From: Eledone cirrhosa
Lineage: Eukaryota
Length of the DNA stretch: 64,000 nucleotides
NCBI GenBank assembly: GCA_964016885.1
Contig: OZ024741.1
Span: forward strand, 240,746,001 to 240,810,000
Direction of reading: 5' to 3'
Below, piece by piece: positions 24,690-38,800 of this stretch; position 1 is the stretch's first letter, and each line of letters begins with the position of its first letter. A program made the position numbers and the translations under genes. The notes under the pieces were generated by a model. It was not told the origin of the DNA. It saw only the letters and a list, made by a program, of their open reading frames with translations, and did not search any database.

Positions 24690-26215
24690 TTATTGTTGTT
24701 GCTGTTGTGGTTGTTGTTGTTGTTGTTATTGAGTGTTGATGTTATTGTTGTTTATATTGTTGCTGTTGTGGTTGTGGTTGTGGTTGTGTCTGTTGCTGAT
24801 ATTGTTGTTGTGGTGGTTGTTGTTGTTGTGGTTGTTGTCGTTGTTGTTGTTGTTATTGCTGTAGTGGTGGTTGTTGTTGCTGTTGTGGTTGTTGTTGTGT
24901 TTGTTGTTGCTGTTATTGCTGTTGTGGTTGTTGTGGTTGTTGCTGTAGTGGTTGTTGTTGTGTTTGTTGCTGTTGTTGCTGTAGTGGTGGTTGTTGTTGT
25001 TGCTGTTGTGGTTGTTGTTGTGTTTGTTGCTGTAGTGGTTGTTGTTGTGTTTGTTGCTGTAGTGGTTGTTGTTGTTGTTGTTGCGGTTGTTGTTGTTGTT
25101 GTTGCGGTTGTGGTTGTTGTTGTGTTTGTTGCTGTTGTTGCTGTAGTGGTGGTTGTTGTTGTTGTTATGGTTGTTGTTGTTGTTGTGGTTGTTGTTGTGG
25201 TTGTGTTTGTTGTTGCTGTTGTGGTTGTTGTGGTTGTTGTGGTTGTTGCTGTTGTGGTTGTTGCTGTTGTGGTTGTTGTGTTTGTTGTTGCTGTTATTGC
25301 TGTTGTGGTTGTTGTTGTGTTTGTTGCTGTTATTGCTGTTGTGGTGGTTGTTGTTGTTGTGGTTGTTGTTGTGGTTGTGTTTGTTGTTGCTGTTATTGCT
25401 GTTGTGGTTGTTGTGGTTGTTGCTGTTGTGGCTGTTGTTGTGTTTGTTGTTGATGTTATTGCTGTAGTGGTTGTTGTGGTTGTTGCTGTTGTGGTTGTTG
25501 TTGTGTTTGTTGCTGTTATTGCTGTTGTGGTTGTTGTGGTTGTTGCTGTTGTGGTTGTTGTTGTGTTTGTTGTTACTGTTATTGCTGTAGTGGTGGTTGT
25601 TGTTGCTGTTGTGGTTGTTGTTGTGTTTGTTGTTGCTGTTATTGTTGTTGTGGTTGTTGCTGTTGTGGTTGTTGTTGTGTTTGTTGTTGCTGTTATTGCT
25701 GTTGTGGTTCTTGTGGTTGTTGCTGTTGTGGTTGTTGTTGTGTTTGTTGTTGCTGTTATTGCTGTTGTGGTTCTTGTGGTTGTTGCTGTTGTGGTTGTTG
25801 TTGTGTTTGTTGTTGCTGTTATTGATGTTGTGTTTGTTGTTGCTGTTATTGCTGTTGTGGTTGTTGTTGTGTTTGTTGTTGCTGTTATTGCTGTTGTGGT
25901 TCTTGTGGTTGTTGCTGTTGTGGTTGTTCTTGTGTTTGTTGTTGCTGTTATTGCTGTTGTGGTTGTTGCTGTTGTGGTTGTTGTTGTGTTTGTTGTTGCT
26001 GTTATTGCTGTTGTGGTTGTTGTGGTTGTTGTGGTTGTTGCTGTTGTGGTTGTTGTTGTGTTTGTTGTTGCTGTTATTGCTGTTGTGGTTGTTGTGGTTG
26101 TTGCTATTGTGGTTGTTGTTGTGTTTGTTGTTGCTGTTATTGCTGTTGTGGTTGTTGTGGTTGTTGTTGTGTTTTTTATTGCTGTTATTGCTGTTGTGGT
26201 TGTTGTGGTTGTTGC

Positions 26216-26253
<38 letters not shown>

Positions 26254-26255
26254 GA
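24690..26255. repeat. (GTT)n-derived compound minisatellite
   Basis: gttgtgtttgttgttgctgttattgctgttgtg units. Confidence 0.95.
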
Positions 26256-26414
26256 TCAAGCAATCTTGTTGCTGTTTGATCAAGGAATTATATGACAGAA
26301 TAAGGGAATCCCTACAGAATAGTTAAACTAACAAACCACAATTCTCTCATCTGTACAACTGGTGGAGGTGGTGGTTGTGATGATGATGATCTTATTTCAC
26401 AATGTCTTTGTGTG

Positions 26415-26700
26415 TGTGTGTATGCCAGCCTGTGTGTCTGTGTGTGTATGCCAGCCTGTGTGTGTCTGTGTGTGTATGCCAGCCTGTGTGTATCTGTTTG
26501 TGTATGCCAGCCTGTGTGTATCTGTGTGTGTATGCCAGCCTGTGTGTGTCTGTGTGTGTAAGCCAGCCTGTGTGTATCTGTGTGTGTATGCCAGCCTGTG
26601 TGTGTCTGTGTGTGTATGCCAGCCTGTGTGTATCTGTGTGTGTATGCCAGCCTGTGTGTGTCTGTGTGTGTATGCCAGCCTGTGTGTGTCTGTGTGTGTG
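26415..26700. repeat. ~28-bp tandem repeat
   Basis: gtatgccagcctgtgtgt(a/g)tctgtgtgt, about 10 units. Confidence 0.9.
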
Positions 26701-26789
26701 TGCTTAAACTATAATTAAATCTGTGTCTGTCTCTGTGTATGTATGCATATGTCTCTTTCTCTCTCTGTCTCTCTCTATATATATATATA

Positions 26790-29700
26790 CATGTATATGT
26801 GTTTCTGTGTATGTGTCTGTGTCTGTGTGTGTCTGTATATGTGTTTCTGTGTAAGTGATTCTGTGTATGTGTTTCTGTGTATGTGTTTCTGTGTATGTGT
26901 TTCTATGTATGTGTTTCTGTGTATGTGATTCTGTGTATGTGTTTCTGTGTATGTGTTTCTGTGTATGTGTTTCTATGTATGTGTTTCTGTGTATGTGTTT
27001 CTGTATATGTGTTTCTGTATATGTGTTTCTGTGTATATGTTTCTGTGTATGTGTTTCTGTGTATGTGTTTCTGTGTAAGTGTTTCTGTGTATGTGTTTCT
27101 GTGTATGTGTTTCTGTATATGTGTTTCCGTGTATGTGTTTCTGTGTATGTGTTTCTGTGTATGTGTTTCTGTATATGTGTTTCTGTGTATATGTTTCTGT
27201 ATATGTGTTTCTGTGTATGTGTTTCTGTGTATGTGTTTCTGTATATGTGTTTCTGTGTATGTGATTCTGTGTAAGTGATACTGTGTATGTGTTTCTGTGT
27301 ATGTGTTTCTGTGTATGTGTTTCTGTGTATGTGTTTCTGTGTATGTGTTTCTGTGTATGTGTTTCTGTATATGTGTTTCTGTGTGTGTGTTTCTATGTAT
27401 GTGTTTCTGTGTATGTGTTTCTGTATATGTGTTTCTGTGTATGTGTTTCTGTGTATGTGTTTCTGTGTATGTGTTTCTGTGTATGTGTTTCTGTGTATGT
27501 GTTTCTGTGTATGTGTTTCTGTGTATGTGTTTCTGTGTATGTGTTTCTGTATATGTGTTTCTGTGTATGTGATTCTGTGTAAGTGATACTGTATATGTGT
27601 TTCTGTGTATGTGTTTCTGTGTATGTGTTTCTGTGTATGTGTTTCTGTGTATGTGTTTCTGTGTATGTGTTTCTGTGTATGTGTTTCTGTATATGTGTTT
27701 CTGTGTGTGTGTTTCTATGTATGTGTTTCTGTGTATGTGTTTCTGTGTATGTGTTTCTGTGTATGTGTTTCTGTGTATGTGTTTCTGTGTATGTGTTTCT
27801 GTGTATGTGTTTCTGTGTATGTGTTTCTGTGTATGTGTTTCTGTGTATGTGTTTCTGTGTATGTGTTTCTGTGTATGTGTTTCTGTGTATGTGTTTCTGT
27901 GTATGTGTTTCTGTATATGTGTTTCTGTGTATGTGATTCTGTGTAAGTGATACTGTGTATGTGTTTCTGTGTATGTGTTTCTGTGAATGTGTTTCTGTGT
28001 ATGTGTTTCTGTGTATGTGTTTCTGTGTATGTGTTTCTGTGTAAGTGTTTCTGTGTATGTGTTTCTGTGTATGTGTTTCTGTGTATGTGTTTCTGTGTAT
28101 GTGTTTCTGTGTATGTGTTTCTGTGTATGTGTTTCTGTGTATGTGTTTCTGTATATGTGTTTCTGTGAATGTGTTTCTGTGTATGTGTTTCTGTGTATGT
28201 GTTTCTGTGTATGTGTTTCTGTGTATGTGTTTCTGTGTATGTGTTTCTGTGTATGTGATTCTGTGTATGTGTTTCTGTGTATGTGATTCTGTGTATGTGT
28301 TTCTGTGTACGTGTTTCTGTATATGTGTTTCTGTGTATGTGTTTCTGTATATGTGTTTCTGTGTATGTGTTTCTGTGTATGTGATTCTCTGTATGTGTTT
28401 CTGTGTATGTGATTCTGTGTATGTGTTTCTGTGTATGTGTTTCTGTATATGTGTTTCTGTATATGTGTTTCTGTATATGTTTCTGTATATGTGTTTCTGT
28501 GTATGTGTTTCTGTATATGTGTTTCTGTATATGTGTTTCTGTGTACGTGTTTCTGTATATGTGTTTCTGTGTATGTGTTTCTGTATATGTGTTTCTGTGT
28601 ATGTGTTTCTGTGTATGTGTTTCTGTGTATGTGTTTCTGTGTATGTGTTTCTGTATATGTGTTTCTGTGTATGTGTTTCTGTATATGTGTTTCTGTGTAT
28701 GTGTTTCTGTATATGTGTTTCTGTATATGTGTTTCTGTATATGTTTCTGTATATGTGTTTCTGTGTATGTGTTTCTGTATATGTGTTTCTGTGTATGTGT
28801 TTCTGTGTATGTGTTTCTGTATATGTGTTTCTGTGTATGTGTTTCTGTATGTGTTTCTGTGTATGTGTTTCTGTGTGTGTGTTTCTGTGTATGTGTTTCT
28901 GTGTATGTGTTTCTGTATATGTGTTTCTGTGTATGTGTTTCTGTGTATGTGTTTCTGTGTATGTGTTTCTGTGTAAGTGTTTCTGTGTATGTGTTTCTGT
29001 ATATGTGTTTCTGTGTATGTGTTTCTGTATATGTGTTTCTGTGTATGTGTTTCTGTGTATGTGTTTCTGTGTAAGTGTTTCTGTGTATGTGTTTCTGTGT
29101 ATGTGTTTCTGTGTATGTTTTTCTGTGTATGTGTTTCTGTGTATGTGTTTCTGTGTATGTGTTTCTGTGTATGTGTTTCTGTGTGTGTGTTTCTGTGTAT
29201 GTGTTTCTGTGTATGTGTTTCTGTGTATGTGTTTCTGTGTATGTGTTTCTGTGTATGTGTTTCTGTGTATGTGTTTCTGTGTATGTGTTTCTGTGTACGT
29301 GTTTCTGTATATGTGTTTCTGTGTATGTGTTTCTGTATATGTGTTTCTGTGTATGTGTTTCTGTGTATGTGTTTCTGTGTATGTGTTTCTGTGTATGTGA
29401 TTCTCTGTATGTGTTTCTGTGTATGTGATTCTGTGTATGTGTTTCTGTGTATGTGTTTCTGTATATGTGTTTCTGTATATGTGTTTCTGTATATGTTTCT
29501 GTATATGTGTTTCTGTGTATGTGTTTCTGTATATGTGTTTCTGTGTATGTGTTTCTGTGTATGTGTTTCTGTATATGTGTTTCTGTGTATGTGTTTCTGT
29601 ATGTGTTTCTGTGTATGTGTTTCTGTGTGTGTGTTTCTGTGTATGTGTTTCTGTGTATGTGTTTCTGTATATGTGTTTCTGTGTATGTGTTTCTGTGTAT

Positions 29701-30740
29701 GTGTTTCTATGTATGTGTTTCTGTGTATGTGTTTCTGTGTGTGTGTTTCTATGTATGTGTTTCTGTGTATGTGTTTCTGTGTGTGTGTTTCTATGTATGT
29801 GTTTCTGTGTATGTGTTTCTGTGTATGTGTTTCTGTGTATGTGTTTCTGTGTATGTGTTTCTGTGTGTGTGTTTCTGTGTAAATGTTTCTGTGTATGTGT
29901 TTCTGTGTATGTGTTTCTGTGTATGTGATTCTGTGTATGTGTTTCTGTGTATGTGTTTCTGTGTATGTGATTCTGTTTATGTGTTTCTGTGTATGTGATT
30001 CTGTGTATGTGTTTCTGTGTATGTGTTTCTGTATATGTGTTTCTGTGTATGTGTTTCTGTATATGTGTTTCTGTGTATGTGTTTCTGTGTATGTGTTTCT
30101 GTGTATGTGTTTCTGTGTGTGTGTTTCTATGTATGTGTTTCTGTGTATGTGTTTCTGTGTGTGTGTTTCTATGTATGTGTTTCTGTGTATGTGTTTCTGT
30201 GTATGTGTTTCTGTGTATGTGTTTCTGTATATGTGTTTCTGTGTATGTGTTTCTGTATGTGTTTCTGTGTATGTGTTTCTGTGTAAGTGTTTCTTTGTAT
30301 GTGTTTCTGTGTATGTGTTTCTGTGTATGTGTTTCTGTATATGTGTTTCTGTGTATGTGTTTCTGTGTATGTGTTTCTGTATATGTGTTTCTGTGTATGT
30401 GTTTCTGTATGTGTTTCTGTGTATGTGTTTCTGTGTATGTGATTCTCTGTATGTGTTTCTGTGTATGTGATACTGTGTATGTGTTTCTGTATGTGTTTCT
30501 GTGTATGTGTTTCTGTGTATGTGTTTCTGTGTAAGTGATACTGTGTATGTGTTTCTGTGTATGTGTTTCTGTGTATGTGAATCTGTGTATGTAATTCTGT
30601 GTATGTGATTCTATGTATGTGTTTCTGTGTATGTGCTTCTGTTAAGTCATACTGTGTATGTAATTCTGTGTAAGTGATTCTGTGTATGTGATTCTGTGTA
30701 TGTGATTCTGTGTATGTGATTCTGTGTATGCATTTCTGTG
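26790..30740. repeat. 14-bp satellite array, ~3.9 kb
   Basis: (gtatgtgtttctgt)n. Confidence 0.97.
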
Positions 30741-31071
30741 TATGTGTGTTTAACTATAATATATGCCTATATGTATATGTTTTTGAGTGTATGTGTTTAT
30801 ATATATATATTTTTTGTGTGTGTATATCTGTCTATATATCTGTGTGTAATCTACCATTGCCAAGTTAACATGTTTACTTCACAGTCAGGAGTTCCCAGGT
30901 TCAATCTCGTTGTATATCATCTCAAGAAAGTATATTTTACCATAATCTTGTGTGAACTAAAACCCTTGTGTGTGAAATTAGGTAGATGGAAACAGTCTAG
31001 AAGCCCATAAGATAGATGGTAACACTAATTCAAAAGGGTCAAATTTGTTTCAGAATCTCCCTAGAAATTAG

Positions 31072-32590
31072 ATTAATAATAATAATAATAATATTATTGT
31101 GTACAGTGCTCAGGTGCACTGGAACTCATCAAAGGTGCATGTATAGTACATAGAATAATGTTCAAATGTCAGGAAAATGAATAGTGTATGAGTCATGAAA
31201 TACATGTGTGCATGTGTATGGAAGGGGTACATCAGGTGTAGTTTTGGCAAATTTCAGGAAGCATGGAGGTTTTAAAGGATGCAGTGTCTCGGCAGCTAAC
31301 AACTGATGCAGGTAGTTTGTTCCATGCTTCAGCAACTCTGAGCATGAAAAAATGTTTCTGAAAGTCATGGGAGCTGTGCTGTTTTCTGACTTTGTAGGCA
31401 TGTCCACGTGTGTTAGACACATGGAAATCAAAAAGGTGCTCAGGGTTGTTGTTGGCAAGATGGTTAATAATTTTGTCGGTGTTTACCAAGTCAGTTGCTA
31501 GACGTCGGAGCTTCAATGTATCCATGCCCAGGGAAGCAAGGCGTTCAGAGTATGGTAGATGCCTGATGGATGGTAATCGTTTGGTTGCACATTTCTGAAC
31601 AGTTTCCAGGAGGTCAATGTTCTGAGCAAAATGGGGGTTCCAGACTGGTCATGCAAATTCTAAGTGTGGCCACGCCATAGCTATATACAACTTTAAATAG
31701 ATAGCTGAAGAGTGGCTGACAAAGGTCTTGCTGAGTGATGCCAAGACACCCTCGGCCGTCTTGACAATTTTAGAGATGTGCTTCGGCCAACGCAAATGGC
31801 TGCTGACAGTAATGCCCAGGTCACGTTCACAAGAAGACTTCTTGATATTAGTGTTATAGAGGGAGTATGTGGACGCTGGGTTTTTCCTCCCAAAATGCAT
31901 GGTGGTACACTTGTCCACAGCCAACTTGTGTTGCCAGTCCATGATCCATTGCAGCATTGTGTCCAGGTCTGATTACAGGAAAGATCTATAGTGTTCAGAA
32001 TCTGTCCTTTTTATCTCAAGGTACAGCTTGATGTCATCTGCATATTTCAGTACTGTGGCATTCTTTAATTTGGCATCTATGTCATTAATATATGCCACAT
32101 ACAAAAGGGGACCAAGAACAGATCCCTGTGGTACACCAGATGACATCCCATATGGTGAGGGATGCTGTCCTAGAACTGAGAATGAAGGACTTCAGCCAGT
32201 TAAAAAGATCATCCTTCACACCCATTGTAGAGAGTTTTGCCATAAGTCTTTTGTGTTGCACAGAATTGAAAGCTTTAGCAAAGTCAAGGTAAACAACATC
32301 CACCCATGAGCTGCCATCAATGATCCTGGTGATGTCTCGATAAGTTGATCACAGCAGCTGGAGTTAGGGATAAATCCAAATTGCGAGGACCGGATAAGAC
32401 TGTGAGAGTTCCAGAAGTTCCAAAGTGTTTCTCTGACACAGGATTCCATCAGTTTGGCAATGCAGCTAGTAAGACTGACTGGACGATAGTTGACAGGTGA
32501 TGTGCGGTCACCCTTTTTGAACAGAGGAATGACACTGGCAGTTTTCCACTGCTCCAGAGTAACCCTGTCTGTGGAATACTCAGCCACATC
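31072..32590 (-). mobile_element. CR1-type LINE, 5'-truncated, frameshifted RT
   Basis: WKTASVIPLFKKGDRTSPVNYRPVSLTSC, QFGF, DVVYLDFAKAF, GVPQGSVLGP, YADD, ERDLGI; (ATT)n tail. Confidence 0.93.
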
Positions 32591-32744
32591 AGATTGTTTG
32601 TACCTGTAAGTTAAAGGTCCAGCTTTATCAAAGAGTTTTATTTTCATTTTTTTTTAAATTTATTTAATCAGCAGTGTCCTAGATCCTTTTCTGGGTCTTC
32701 TATACTGGCTAGAAACAGTGAGAGTTAGTTCAGTTTTATTTTGG

Positions 32745-32930
32745 ATTCCCTCTGGAGCTTAGGTCACCAACAAGATTTCTCTAACCCTCACTGTCCTGGG
32801 CTAATTACTCCAACTGCCCCCAGGAATGTGCTAAGCTCTTTGGTCACCAGGTATTTGTAGGCCTTCTTTTTTTTTCTCCTTTGGGTTCCAGGTTAGGGCT
32901 TACCATATTGTACTAGATGTAGGCTTTGGA
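32745..32930 (-). mobile_element. Degraded RTE LINE 3' end
   Basis: Minus-strand WGQLE..AQD...RNLVGDLS resembles RTE C-termini. Confidence 0.5.
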
Positions 32931-33352
32931 AATTTCATTGTCATTGTCTCTTGATAATTTCATCATGGATACACTTGATATCTTCAAATTGCAAATCTGT
33001 TTTGAATTCTTGCAACAGAGAGAAATTTACTGAAGATATGCAAGGGCCAGGTGGTGTTATTTACAGGGTGTTGGAATAAGACTACCACTTGAGTAGGCCT
33101 CAATGGTGTTTGGACTTATAACACAAAGAACCAAACCAAATACTGTTAAGTATTTTGTGAGACACTAATAATTCTTCAAATATGTTAACCTCAACTAATA
33201 CTTTATTTTATCAGCCCTAAAAGGATGAATGACTAAAGTGGCCATGGTAGGATTTGAACTCAGTATACAGAGAGCCAAAACAAATATAACAAGGCATTTT
33301 GTCTTATGTTGTTATGTCTTTCTCGATTATTCCATGTTATGCTGATTTTTGG

Positions 33353-33690
33353 AAGGTGCATGACTTAGTGGTTAGAATGTTGGGCTTGCAATCATGAGTT
33401 TGTGACTTTGATTCCTGGACCGGGTGATGCAGTGTGACCTTGAGCAAGACACTTTATTTCCCATTGCTCCTCTTCATTCAGCTGTACAAATAAGCTGCGA
33501 CATCACTGGTGCCAAGCTGTATAAGCCTTTGCCTTTCTCTTGGACAACATTGGTAGTGAGATGAGGGGTGACTGGTAAGTATGTGTGACTGCTGGTTCTC
33601 CACACACAACCTTGCTCAGACATGTGCCTTGTGGGGGGCTTTCCTGGTGCAAATCCTATGGTTATTCATGATCAAAAGGGGTCTTTACCA
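33353..33690 (+). mobile_element. tRNA-derived SINE with CORE-like centre and a different tail
   Basis: ggtgcatgacttagtggttagaatg...gtgaccttgagcaagacacttt. Confidence 0.75.
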
Positions 33691-34014
33691 TATGTTGATT
33701 TAAGAATTTTTTTATTCATAGCATGTTAGTCTTGATTACAGAAAACAAAATTTTTGAGAATGAGCACGTGTGTATTCAGTTAGCCATTTTGAATATATGT
33801 ATATATACAGATACACATACTGTGCCACATAATCAAGTAGCTGGTTACCAAGATACATCAACATTGAAGTATGTACATTTAGATGTATATCTTTCTCTTT
33901 TAAAGGAGATGCTGTTGTTTATTTAGTGTGATAGCTCATGTAAGACACTACCACACTGATATGTCATATCCCATGCTCTCACATAGAAAATGATTTATTA
34001 CTGCCATGTTAATA

Positions 34015-34199
34015 ATTGTTTCTACTTTTGGCACAAGGCCAGCAATTATTCCAGTATATTACTGGTACTTTATTTTATCGACCCCGTAAGGATGAAAGGA
34101 AAAGTTAACCTCGGCGGGATTTGAACTCAGATCATAAAGGGACGTAACTATGCTGGAAAGCATGTCCGACACTCTACCGACACTGCCAATTCACCGCCC
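34015..34199 (-). mobile_element. SINE family B, full length
   Basis: Reverse complement of family B; ttaataat on both flanks. Confidence 0.9.
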
Positions 34200-35007
34200 T
34201 TAATAATGGTATCAATTAGTATAGCCCCCTCTATTTACTTCCCTCTCCTCTTCTCTATTTCTCTGTCTCATTCATATTTTTCTTTTACTGTCACTCTGTA
34301 AATACAGCATTCCCCAACTCTATCAGGAGTTATAAGCCTTACATTTACCTTTTTAAAGATGAAATATGATTAATTTCTTTTGTTGGCCAGAATTCTCACA
34401 GATATTTAACAAAAGTGGAGAGTTTATTAAATTGACCTTGCTATATGATTGGTATTTAAATAGAAATTAGTCATTATAAGACACAAGACAAAATGCCTTG
34501 TAGTATTTGCGTCTGTCTTTCAAGTTCAAATCACTCCAATGTTAATTTTGCCTTTAATCTCTCAATAAAATAAAGTACCAATCCAGAGTTCATATTAAAA
34601 AGTGTTACCATATGAAAATTGCTTCATATTCCATTCTTTCCGTCCTTCTTTTACTTTGAGTAGTTTCAGTTTAAAACTCTAGTAAGTGCAGATAGTCAAT
34701 TCAAATATCACATGACATTTTGTCCTATGCTTTAACAACTCTACCAATTCTCTGACTGAAAGACAGTTATACTTTTTACCATCGTCACAAGAAAAAAGGC
34801 AGCATATGCTTTTCAAATTATTTTGAAAATAATAAAAAACTTGGAGGGATTTAGTAATATAACTGTGCTCCTGCCCTGTCTCTTTAGAAGTAAAACCCAT
34901 GAAGTAAATAATACTCAGCCATGAAAAGATAAGATTATTAAAGTTATATTTGGAATTAATTTTCCACACTTTCTCTTTTTCTTTTTGATGTGTATATATA
35001 TATATGT

Positions 35008-35355
35008 GGAGGCACATGGCTTAGTGGTTAGAGCATTGGCCTTGCAATGGAAAGGTTGTGAGTTCAATTCTCATACCGGTTGATGTGTTGTTTCCTTGAG
35101 CAAGACACTTTATTTCATATTGCTCCAGTTTACTCAGCTGTAGAAATGAGATGATAAGGACTGGGGGTCCCTATCATTCCACTGCAAAGTGGTCGTGGAG
35201 GTGCCACGGAAAAAAAGCACCCAGCACTCACTGTAAATGAGGTTGGTGTTAGGAAGGGCATCCAGCTGTAGAAATCAAGCCAGAATCAGTTCCCGTCCCA
35301 CCCTTGCAAGCAGGGAAAAAGCGGACGCAAAATGATGATGATGATGATGATGATG
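35008..35355 (+). mobile_element. SINE family A, full length, one 49-bp unit
   Basis: Same structure as 17794-18425; (GAT)n tail. Confidence 0.9.
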
Positions 35356-35899
35356 TATGTATATATGTACAATATATATATAGGTTAGAACAGGTGTAAA
35401 TGTGTATTTACATATATAATGTGTGAGTGTGTAGACATTTTAGTGTGCTTTTTTGTGTGAACAAACCTTTTATATATTAATAAAGTAGTCAATATTTCAA
35501 GAAGTTCAGCTAAATAGATTTGTGTATTGAAAGCTGGCTTACAGAATTTTAATTCCACTTCAAAGCTCATCATTGTCTAAGATATGTCACAATTATATTA
35601 CACACCACACCACACCACACTATACTACGCTACACCACACCTAACCCCACCCCACCACACCCCATTACACCACATCCCACCACACCAACTATTAAGTATT
35701 CCCTATCAACGACTACAGTAGTCCCCCATCAACAACTGTGACAGACATAGTGTTGTTATGTGACCCCAGGGAAACTAACTCTGAAGCTAACACAGATTTA
35801 ACAGTCAATAACTTGGCTCCCTTTAAGCTGAACTTATTGTTAGATCTGATTTCATGAGGAGAGTTCTAGAAACTATTTGTTTTATTGCAGTTACACCAG

Positions 35900-38800
35900 A
35901 AATACTGCCACCATCACCATCACCACAGCCACCAGCACCACCACAACCACCACCACCATCACTGCCACCACCACCTCAATCACAGCCACCACCAGCACAG
36001 CCACCATCATAGCCACCACCTCCAATACACTCAATCATTACTCCTACCAACACTACCACGATCATTTCAGCATCACCACCACCACCAGACCACCACAACC
36101 ACCACCACCACCACCAGACCACCACCACCACCAACACTACCACTACAACCACTATCATAACCACCACCACCACAACCACCAACACTACCACTACAACCAC
36201 TATCATAACCACCACCACCACCACCACCACCAACACTACCACTACAACCACTATCATAACCACCACCACCACCAACACTACCACTACAACCACTATCATA
36301 ACCTCCACCACCACCAACACTACCACTACAACCACTATCATAACCACCACCACCACCAACACTACCACTACAACCACTATCATAACCTCCACCACCACCA
36401 ACACTACCACTACAACCACTATCATAACCTCCACCACCACCAACACTACCACTACAACCACTATCATAACCACCACCACCACCAACACTACCACTACAAC
36501 CACTATCATAACCTCCACCACCACCAACACTACCACTACAACCACTATCATAACCACCACCACCACCACCACCAACACTACCACTACAACCACTATCATA
36601 ACCTCCACCACCACCAACACTACCACTACCACCACTATCATAACCACCACCACCACCACCACCAACACTACCACTACAACCACTATCATAACCACCACCA
36701 CCACCAACACTACCACCACTATCATAACCACCACCAACACTACCACTACAACCACTATCATAACCACCACCACCACCACCAACACTACCACTACAACCAC
36801 TATCATAACCACCACAACCACCAACACTACCACTACAACCACTATCATAACCACCACCACCACCAACACTACCACTACAACCACTATCATAACCACCACC
36901 ACCACCAACACTACCACTACAACCACTATCATAACCACCACAACCACCAACACTACCACTACAACCACTATCATAACCACCACAACCACCAACACTACCA
37001 CTACAACCACTATCATAACCACCACCACCACCAACACTACCACTACAACCACTATCATAACCACCACCACCACCAACACTACCACTACAACCACTATCAT
37101 AACCACCACCACCACCAACACTACCACCACTATCATAACCACCACCAACACTACCACTACAACCACTATCATAACCACCACCACCACCACCAACACTACC
37201 ACTACAACCACTATCATAACCACCACAACCACCAACACTACCACTACAACCACTATCATAACCACCACCACCACCAACACTACCACTACAACCACTATCA
37301 TAACCACCACCACCACCAACACTACCACTACAACCACTATCATAACCACCACAACCACCAACACTACCACTACAACCACTATCATAACCACCACAACCAC
37401 CAACACTACCACTACAACCACTATCATAACCACCACCACCACCAACACTACCACTACAACCACTATCATAACCACCACCACCACCAACACTACCACTACA
37501 ACCACTATCATAACCACCACAACCACCAACACTACCACTACAACCACTATCATAACCACCACCACCACCAACACTACCACTACAACCACTATCATAACCA
37601 CCACCACCACCACCAACACTACCACTACAACCACTATCATAACCACCACCACCACCAACACTACCACTACAACCACTATCATAACCACCACCTCCACCAA
37701 CACTACCACTACAACCACTATCATAACCACCACCGCCACCAACACTACCACTACAACCACTATCATAACCACCACAACCACCAACACTACCACTACAACC
37801 ACTATCATAACCACCACCACCACCAACACTACCACTACAACCACTATCATAACCACCACAACCACCAACACTACCACTACAACCACTATCATAACCACCA
37901 CCACCACCAACACTACCACTACAACCACTATCATAACCACCACCTCCACCAACACTACCACTACAACCACTATCATAACCACCACCGCCACCAACACTAC
38001 CACTACAACCACTATCATAACCACCACAACCACCAACACTACCACTACAACCACTATCATAACCACCACCACCACCAACACTACCACTACAACCACTATC
38101 ATAACCACCACAACCACCAACACTACCACTACAACCACTATCATAACCACCACCACCACCAACACTACCACTACAACCACTATCATAACCACCACCACCA
38201 CCACCAACACTACCACTACAACCACTATCATAACCACCACCTCCACCAACACTACCACTACAACCACTATCATAACCACCACCGCCACCAACACTACCAC
38301 TACAACCACTATCATAACCACCACAACCACCAACACTACCACTACAACCACTATCATAACCACCACAACCACCAACACTACCACTACAACCACTATCATA
38401 ACCACCACCACCACCACCAACACTACAACCACTATCATAACCACCACAACCACCAACACTACCACTACAACCACTATCATAACCACCACAACCACCAACA
38501 CTACCACTACAACCACTATCATAACCACCACAACCACCAACACTACCACTACAACCACTATCATAACCACCACCACCACCAACACTACCACTACAACCAC
38601 TATCATAACCACCACAACCACCAACACTACCACTACAACCACTATCATAACCACCACCACCACCAACACTACCACTACAACCACTATCATAACCACCACA
38701 ACCACCAACACTACCACTACAACCACTATCATAACCACCACAACCACCAACACTACCACTACAACCACTATCATAACCACCACCACCACCACCACCAACA

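Noticed and set aside
24687-26295. Mucin-like poly-Thr and poly-Val ORFs
   Set aside because: (GTT)n-derived repeat that lacks stops by composition
26855-30534. Many Cys/Val-rich ORFs
   Set aside because: Translations of the 14-bp satellite
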